This document shows positions 58,330 to 64,000 of a stretch of 64,000 nucleotides of DNA, one piece after another. Numbering within the stretch: the first letter of the stretch is position 1; every line of letters starts with the position of its first letter. The translations under genes were made by a program, and so were the position numbers. Under the pieces are notes generated by a model. The model did not search any database. It had not been told where the DNA came from and saw only the letters and a list, made by a program, of their open reading frames with translations. The stretch lies in assembly GCA_036496285.1 (NCBI GenBank), contig DASXLI010000018.1, forward strand, positions 650-64,649, given 5' to 3'. This DNA is from Candidatus Binatia bacterium. Its GTDB lineage: Bacteria; Desulfobacterota; Binatia; UTPRO1.

Positions 58330-59708
58330 TCCGGCTCCCGCGCGCGGCGCTTGTCGCGTGGGCGCTGCTCCTCGCGGCCTGCGTGCCCGGTCGCGCTGCC
58401 CGCTCTCCGGATCCAGCCGCGGTCGGGCGCGTCGCGTTGATCGTCGTCGACGGCCTCGACGCGCGCGATCTGACCGACGCCGACATGCCGTGGCTCGCGC
58501 ACGCGTGGCGCACGGGTGCGTGGTGTGGTGACGTCCACGGGATCGCCGCCATGCCGGCCCGCACCAACGTCAACCACGCGACCCTCACGACCGGCGTCGA
58601 GCCGGAGGCCCACGGTGTCACGGGCAACGCGTTCTGGGGCCGGGCCGGCGACCCGCCCCGGAAGCTCGGGGCGGCCGGCGATTTCCTGGTCGAGACGCTC
58701 TTCACCGTCGCCGGGGGGGAGACGCCGCCTCTCCGGACGGCGGCCGCCGTCGGCAAGGCGAAGCTGCAGCTCATGTTCACGACCGCCGCGAGCCGTCAGG
58801 CTGCCCCGACGGAGGTGTGGAGTCCGAGCGACGCCGCCGCGGGCGAGCGGGAGCCGGTGACGGGCTACGCCTACGACGCCGCGACGCTGACGGGGGCGCG
58901 GAAGCTCATCGACCACGGGCCGGCGTTCCTCCTGGTCAACCTCGCCGACGTCGATCGGGTGAGCCACGGCACCGGCCCGCGCTCGGAGGCCGCGCGCGCC
59001 ACGCGCGCCGCGACCGACCGCGCGCTCGGCGCCTTCGTCGACGACCTGCTGGCGCGGCCGGAGTGGCGGCACGGCACCGTCGTCATCACCGCCGATCACG
59101 GCTTCGACGCGGTGACGCATCCGGCGATCGACTTCAGGGCGCGTCTGCGCGCGGCTCGGCTCGACAGCGGGCTCGTGAGCGTGTCCGACGGCGGCGTCGC
59201 GCACGTCTATCTACGGCGTGAGCGGCCCGACGCAGCCGACGCGCCGACGACGCTTGCGGCGGCGCGGCGCGCGGCGCTCGCGACGGAGGGCCTCGCGGAG
59301 GCGCTCTACCTCGCGCCCAACCCTGCCGACGGCGGCGATGCGGCGCTGCTCGGGCGTGTCCATCCGGAATGGCGGCTCGACCAGGAGCGGAGCGGGGATC
59401 TCCTGCTCGTGGCGGCGCCGGGGTTCGTGCTCGCCGACGCCGACGAGGTCCGTCTCCTCGGGAACCACGGCGCGTCCGGCGAGACCGACGTGCCGGTCGT
59501 CGTGGTCGGCGACGCGGAGCGGCAGGCCGGCGGCTGCGGCCGCCCACGGGCGGCCGACATCGGCGCCACGCTCTTCGGCTGCCTCGGCCTGCGGCCCGCC
59601 CGGCGGCTCGACGGCGGCTCGATCGCCGACACCGATCGCGGCCATCGGTTGACGGGCATCTGCCGGGATTCCGGCAAGGTGCGTGCTCTTAACCGTCCCG
59701 TAACGTGA
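58326..59708 (+). CDS. Alkaline-phosphatase-superfamily nucleotide pyrophosphatase/phosphodiesterase (type I phosphodiesterase), lipoprotein.
   Basis: Lipobox LLLAAC. Metal-site motifs VVDGLD, NHATLTTG, ITADHG and GNHG. GTG start overlaps the stop of the upstream Tmk-like gene. Confidence 0.7.
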   Translation: MIRLPRAALVAWALLLAACVPGRAARSPDPAAVGRVALIVVDGLDARDLTDADMPWLAHAWRTGAWCGDVHGIAAMPARTNVNHATLTTGVEPEAHGVTGNAFWGRAGDPPRKLGAAGDFLVETLFTVAGGETPPLRTAAAVGKAKLQLMFTTAASRQAAPTEVWSPSDAAAGEREPVTGYAYDAATLTGARKLIDHGPAFLLVNLADVDRVSHGTGPRSEAARATRAATDRALGAFVDDLLARPEWRHGTVVITADHGFDAVTHPAIDFRARLRAARLDSGLVSVSDGGVAHVYLRRERPDAADAPTTLAAARRAALATEGLAEALYLAPNPADGGDAALLGRVHPEWRLDQERSGDLLLVAAPGFVLADADEVRLLGNHGASGETDVPVVVVGDAERQAGGCGRPRAADIGATLFGCLGLRPARRLDGGSIADTDRGHRLTGICRDSGKVRALNRPVT

Positions 59709-59745
59709 CGGTCACGCCTCCCGCATGGTAGTGAGGGATAAGCAC

Positions 59746-60516
59746 ATGAGCGCCGTATCACACGAACAATACGCGTCCGCGGCTCGACCGACACCAATGG
59801 TGCAGGACAAGAGGAAAGTTCTCGTCGTCGAGGACGAGAAGGACATCCGCGAGCTGGTTCGCTACAACCTCGAGCAGGAGGGCTTCGCCGTGCTCGAGGC
59901 GGAGGAGGGCGAGCTCGCGCTCGCGCTCGTGCAGCGCGAGCGGCCGGCGTTGGTCATCCTCGACATCATGCTGCCCGGCATGTCCGGCCTCGACATCTGC
60001 CGGACGATCCGCCAGGGCGACGAGACCGCCCGCCTGCCGATCCTCATGCTCACGGCGAAGGCGGCCGAGGTGGACAAGGTCGTCGGCCTCGAGATGGGCG
60101 CCGACGACTACGTCACCAAGCCCTTCAGCCCGCGCGAGCTCCTCGCCCGCGTCAAGGCGGTGCTGCGCCGCGCCCACGGCCCCGAGCTCGAGCGGCCGCA
60201 CGAGGTGTTCCATCGCGGCCGCCTGCGCATCGATTTCGACACCTACCAGGTCTTCCTGGACGACCGCGAGATCGAGCTCAGCCTGCGGGAGTTCGAGCTG
60301 CTGGCGTTCTTCGTGCGACACCCGAACCGGGTGTTCGAGCGGGCGCAGCTTTTGGACATGGTCTGGGGGCGGGATACCTATGTCGAGCCACGGACCGTCG
60401 ACGTGCACGTGCGCCGCCTGCGCATGCGCATCGAGCGCGACGATGCGCGTCCAGAGCTGATCGTGACGTTGCGCGGCGTCGGCTACAAGTTCAACGATGC
60501 CGCGCTCGACGTCTAG
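59746..60516 (+). CDS. phoB: OmpR/PhoB-family response regulator.
   Basis: Receiver (LVVEDEKDIRELV, LVILDIMLPGMSG) plus winged-helix output domain (VDVHVRRLR...LRGVGYKF). The start may instead be M at 59797. Confidence 0.8.
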   Translation: MSAVSHEQYASAARPTPMVQDKRKVLVVEDEKDIRELVRYNLEQEGFAVLEAEEGELALALVQRERPALVILDIMLPGMSGLDICRTIRQGDETARLPILMLTAKAAEVDKVVGLEMGADDYVTKPFSPRELLARVKAVLRRAHGPELERPHEVFHRGRLRIDFDTYQVFLDDREIELSLREFELLAFFVRHPNRVFERAQLLDMVWGRDTYVEPRTVDVHVRRLRMRIERDDARPELIVTLRGVGYKFNDAALDV

Positions 60517-62308
60517 GCTCGCGGTCTACCTGCTGGTTCCGTACCTCCTCACGGTGCCCCCGCTCCTCGGGGTCGCATACCTGGTCATGCGCCACGCGGC
60601 CGAGTCGGCGGCCGTCGAGTTCGCGGGTGCCGCGGCGCTCGAACAGGCCCGCAGCATCGCCGTGCACGTGCCCGCCGATCTCCCGCCGGCGGCGCTCGCC
60701 GCGCGCTGCCACGACGAGGTGCGCGGCAGCGGCACCCGGCTCACGATCATCAACATCAACGGCGACGTGCTGTGCGATACCGAGGCCGAGCCTGAGAACA
60801 TGATGAACCACGCCGACCGGCCCGAGGTACGTGCCGCGCTCGCGAGCGGTACCGGCGTCGATCGACGGGTGAGCGCGACCGTGCACCACCGGCTACTCTA
60901 TGCCGCCGTGCGCTCGGGCGACGGCCCCGGGGCGCGCGTCGTGCGCGTCGCCATGCCGGCGGAGTTCGTCGCGGGGCCGGGCCGGCAGCTCGCGACGATC
61001 CTGCTGCTCGGGCTGGTCGGCGCGCTGATCGTTGCCTTTCTGCCGGCGCTCTACATCGCCAACACGATCGGCGGCCGCCTGGAGGGCATCGTCGACTTCT
61101 CGCGCGAGGTCGCGACCGGCGACTTCTCGACGCGTCTGCCGATCGTGCACCGCGACGAACTCGGGGTGCTCGAGCAGAACCTGAACGACATGAGCGCCCG
61201 CCTGCGCGGCTCGTTCGTCGATCTGCGCGACGAGAGCGAGCGCGTGCGCGGCATCCTGAGCGCCATGGTCGAGGGCGTGGTCGTGGTCTCGGCGGCCGGT
61301 GAGGTGGTGCTCATCAACGAGCGCGCCGAGCGCATCTTCGCCCTCGCGACCGGCCCGGACTACCGTGGCCGGCACCTCATCGAGATGTGCCGCGACCCGG
61401 AGCTGCAGCAGCTTCTGCGCTCGCTGCCGGCGTGGAACAAGGCGGAGCCGCCGGGCGGCGAGATCGCGCTTGCCGAGCCGGACCGGCGCTTCCTCTCGGT
61501 CAGCGTCTCGCCGATCCGCGACGAGCTCGGCCGCCCGGCGGCCTTCGTCATGGTCTTCCACGACATCACGGAATTGAAGAAGCTCGAGACCATGCGGCGG
61601 GACTTCGTCGCCAACGTCTCGCACGAGCTGCGGACGCCGCTCACGGCGATCCGCGGCTATGCCGAGACCCTGCTGACCGGCGCCCTCGAGGACCGCGAGC
61701 GGGCGCGCCAGTTCCTGTCGGTGATCGATCGCCATTCCGAGCGCTTGAGCCGCCTGATCGACGACCTGCTGACCCTCTCCGACCTCGAGCTCGGCAAGAC
61801 CTCGCTCAAGAAGGAGCCGCTGCATCTCGAGACCCTGGTCGACGAGGTGATCGAGGTGCTGCGCGAGAAAGCGCGTCGCGGCCGCGTGGAGCTGGTCTCC
61901 GACATCCCGCGCGAGCTGCCGCTCGTCCTCGGCGACGCGGACCGGCTGCAGCAGGTGCTGATCAACCTCACCGACAACGCCATCAAGTACAGCGGCAACG
62001 GCGGGGTCGTCCGCATCGTCGCGCGCAACGTCACCGACGGCGCCGCGCCGATGGTCGAGGTGTCGGTGTCGGACGACGGCATCGGCATTCCCGCTGCCGA
62101 CCTGCCGCGCCTGACCGAGCGCTTCTATCGCGTCGACAAGGCGCGCTCGCGCGAGCTCGGCGGCACCGGCCTCGGCCTGGCGATCGTGAAGCACATCGTG
62201 CAGGCCCACGGCGGCCGGCTCGACATCAAGAGCACGCTGAACATCGGGACGACCGTCCGCTTCTCCGTGCCGAGCTGGATGCGCGAAGCCGAAGCCGTCT
62301 CCTCGTAG
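60497..62308 (+). CDS. phoR: PhoR-like sensor histidine kinase.
   Basis: Two transmembrane segments, HAMP, PAS, HisKA (VANVSHELRTPLTAI) and HATPase (GGTGLGLAIV). The start overlaps the 3' end of the upstream response regulator gene. Confidence 0.8.
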   Translation: MPRSTSRLAVYLLVPYLLTVPPLLGVAYLVMRHAAESAAVEFAGAAALEQARSIAVHVPADLPPAALAARCHDEVRGSGTRLTIININGDVLCDTEAEPENMMNHADRPEVRAALASGTGVDRRVSATVHHRLLYAAVRSGDGPGARVVRVAMPAEFVAGPGRQLATILLLGLVGALIVAFLPALYIANTIGGRLEGIVDFSREVATGDFSTRLPIVHRDELGVLEQNLNDMSARLRGSFVDLRDESERVRGILSAMVEGVVVVSAAGEVVLINERAERIFALATGPDYRGRHLIEMCRDPELQQLLRSLPAWNKAEPPGGEIALAEPDRRFLSVSVSPIRDELGRPAAFVMVFHDITELKKLETMRRDFVANVSHELRTPLTAIRGYAETLLTGALEDRERARQFLSVIDRHSERLSRLIDDLLTLSDLELGKTSLKKEPLHLETLVDEVIEVLREKARRGRVELVSDIPRELPLVLGDADRLQQVLINLTDNAIKYSGNGGVVRIVARNVTDGAAPMVEVSVSDDGIGIPAADLPRLTERFYRVDKARSRELGGTGLGLAIVKHIVQAHGGRLDIKSTLNIGTTVRFSVPSWMREAEAVSS

Positions 62309-62520
62309 CTCCCGCTGCCCGTCCCTCCATAAGGAGTCACGCGAGCGCGCCCGACGGCCACGCGACGCGTAGCCGATTCATCCACTCGCAATATTCGCGT
62401 CACGAACGGTTCATCGTCCGGGTGGAGAAGTGCGGGCGACGGACAACTGCGACGCGTGTACGAGCCCCCAGCTCGCATCACGTGAAGCACCGAATGATCC
62501 GTTCACAAAGGGGGAGGGAC

Positions 62521-64000
62521 ATGAGCTCGCTGCGCACCGCACTTCGATTGGTACTCGTCATCCTGCTCGTCGCGCTCGGCCGAGAGGCCCAGGCGGCCTC
62601 GTTCACGCCGGGCAACATCGTCGCCTACCGGGTCGGCGACGGCGTCCAGGCGCTGACAAACAACGGTAACAGCGTGTTCATCGACGAGTACACGCCGGCC
62701 GGCGCCTTCGTGCAGGCGATCGCCATCCCGACGACGGCGAGCGGCGGCAATCAGCCGCTCATCGCGCAGGGCGCGACCGGCAGCGGCAGCGCGGTCGAAG
62801 GCCTCATGGCCACCTCGAGCAACGGCCAGTACGTCGTGTTCACCGGCTACGGTACGACGCTCGGCGGCGCGGCCGCCTTGAGCTCGACGGCCTGCACTGG
62901 CGCCGGCGGCGTGCCGCGCGTCGTCGGACGGGTCAAGTTCGACGGCACGGTCAACACCTCGACGGCGCTCACGGACTTTGCGTGCGCCAGCAACCCCCGC
63001 TCGGCGACCAGCAGCGACGGCACCAGCATCTGGGTCGGCGGCAACGGCACCGGCGCGTCGTTTGCGACCCTCGGCGCCACCACCTCGACGCAGCTCGCGG
63101 CCGCGACGACCAATGTGCGGCAGGTCCACATCTTCGGCGGGCAGCTCTACGGCGCGGTGAACGGCGGCGCGGTGAGCACGATCGGCACCGGCCTCCCGAC
63201 GACGGGCGGCCAAACGGTCACCCCGCTCACGCTTCCCGGCGCGACGACAAGCCCCGACGGCTTCGCGTTCGTGACGGTATCCGGCGGCACGGTGCTCTAC
63301 CTCATGGATGACACGGCCGGCACGGTCCACAAGTGGTCGCTGGTGAGCGGCAGCTTCGTCGACAACGGCACGATCGCCTACGCGGGCGCCCGCGCCGTCT
63401 TCGCGACCGTCAGCGGCTCGACCGCCAAGCTCTACGTCCGCTCGAGCACCGGCTCGACGATCGACACGCTGAGTGACACGAGCGGCTTCAACGCGACCAT
63501 CACGGGTACGGTCGCGGCTCTGATCACCGCGCCGGCCAACGAGGTGTTCCGCGGCATCGCCGGCGTCCCGGTGATCGGCACGACGCCGACCCCGACCCGC
63601 ACGGCGACGCCGCTGCCCGGGGCGACCGCGACGGCGACGCGCACTGTGACGCCAACCGTCACGCCCACCGTTACGGTGACGCCGAGACCGACCGCCACGG
63701 CGACGCCGCTCCCCGCGCCGTTCACGGTCGGCAACATCGTCGTCTACCGCGTCGGTGACGGCGGCGCGGCGCTCGCCAGCACCGGCAACCCGGTCTTCCT
63801 CGACGAGTTCCAGCCGAACGGCACGCACGTCCAGACGGTCGGCCTGCCGCCGACCGCCAGCGGCTCCAACCATCAGCTGGTCGCCAGCGGAACCGCGCAG
63901 TCGGAAGGCCAGCTCACCGTCTCGGCCGACGGCAAGTATCTCCTCATGACCGGCTACGCGAGCGACATACCCGCGGCGTCGTCGCTCTCGTCCTCCGCCT
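62521..64000 (+). CDS. Secreted repeat protein; 5' partial, continues beyond the window. Two roughly 340-aa homologous units separated by a Thr/Pro-rich linker.
   Basis: GGGGGAGGGA Shine-Dalgarno upstream. Signal peptide. Unit 1 starts FTPGNIVAYRVGDG and unit 2 starts FTVGNIVVYRVGDG. Not in the ORF track because no stop lies within the window. Confidence 0.55.
   Translation, partial: MSSLRTALRLVLVILLVALGREAQAASFTPGNIVAYRVGDGVQALTNNGNSVFIDEYTPAGAFVQAIAIPTTASGGNQPLIAQGATGSGSAVEGLMATSSNGQYVVFTGYGTTLGGAAALSSTACTGAGGVPRVVGRVKFDGTVNTSTALTDFACASNPRSATSSDGTSIWVGGNGTGASFATLGATTSTQLAAATTNVRQVHIFGGQLYGAVNGGAVSTIGTGLPTTGGQTVTPLTLPGATTSPDGFAFVTVSGGTVLYLMDDTAGTVHKWSLVSGSFVDNGTIAYAGARAVFATVSGSTAKLYVRSSTGSTIDTLSDTSGFNATITGTVAALITAPANEVFRGIAGVPVIGTTPTPTRTATPLPGATATATRTVTPTVTPTVTVTPRPTATATPLPAPFTVGNIVVYRVGDGGAALASTGNPVFLDEFQPNGTHVQTVGLPPTASGSNHQLVASGTAQSEGQLTVSADGKYLLMTGYASDIPAASSLSSSA

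Noticed and set aside
60893-63873. Minus-strand ORFs 60893..62209 and 62503..63873.
   Set aside because: Antisense to phoR and to the secreted repeat protein; low-complexity, Arg/Gly/Asp-rich translations.

Overview
This 64-kb window is very GC-rich (roughly 70%, with strong third-codon-position GC bias) and gene-dense. It reads as a bacterial chromosomal core region rather than a mobile island. Guide to coordinates: (1) 9-7691, a tightly packed housekeeping block in which glnD-xerD and the M50 protease-trpS-scpA-scpB-rluB string are linked by overlapping stop/start codons; (2) 7937-8218, a small hypothetical protein, followed by an initiator tRNA-fMet; (3) 8428-18426, rhodanese, tag, ettA, infA, an RRM RNA-binding protein, HU and small hypotheticals; (4) 18809-25111, a nuo cluster encoding only peripheral-arm subunits of complex I in an unusual order, with no membrane-arm genes in the window; (5) 25915-31298 plus the XRE regulator at 31333-31554, a sigma54-type signalling module (hybrid kinase divergent from NtrC-like activator, receiver, retropepsin-like protease, RHH protein); (6) 34296-37871, a Gld-like ABC transporter; (7) 37849-46007, trmB, a dehydrogenase, acyl-CoA dehydrogenase, efp, a long class II aldolase and a sulfite/nitrite reductase; (8) 47415-53414, the most unusual locus: Rieske protein, split cytochrome b, an octaheme c-type cytochrome and a cupredoxin, with two unlisted mini-TM ORFs; (9) 55325-64000, a phosphate-starvation-like cluster (ppx, two tandem thymidylate-kinase-family paralogs, a phosphodiesterase, phoB/phoR-like system, a secreted repeat protein). 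No CRISPR arrays, transposases or rRNA were found. Most long ORFs on the opposite strand of these genes are high-GC artefacts. All functional calls come from motif and family recognition by eye; no database search was possible.
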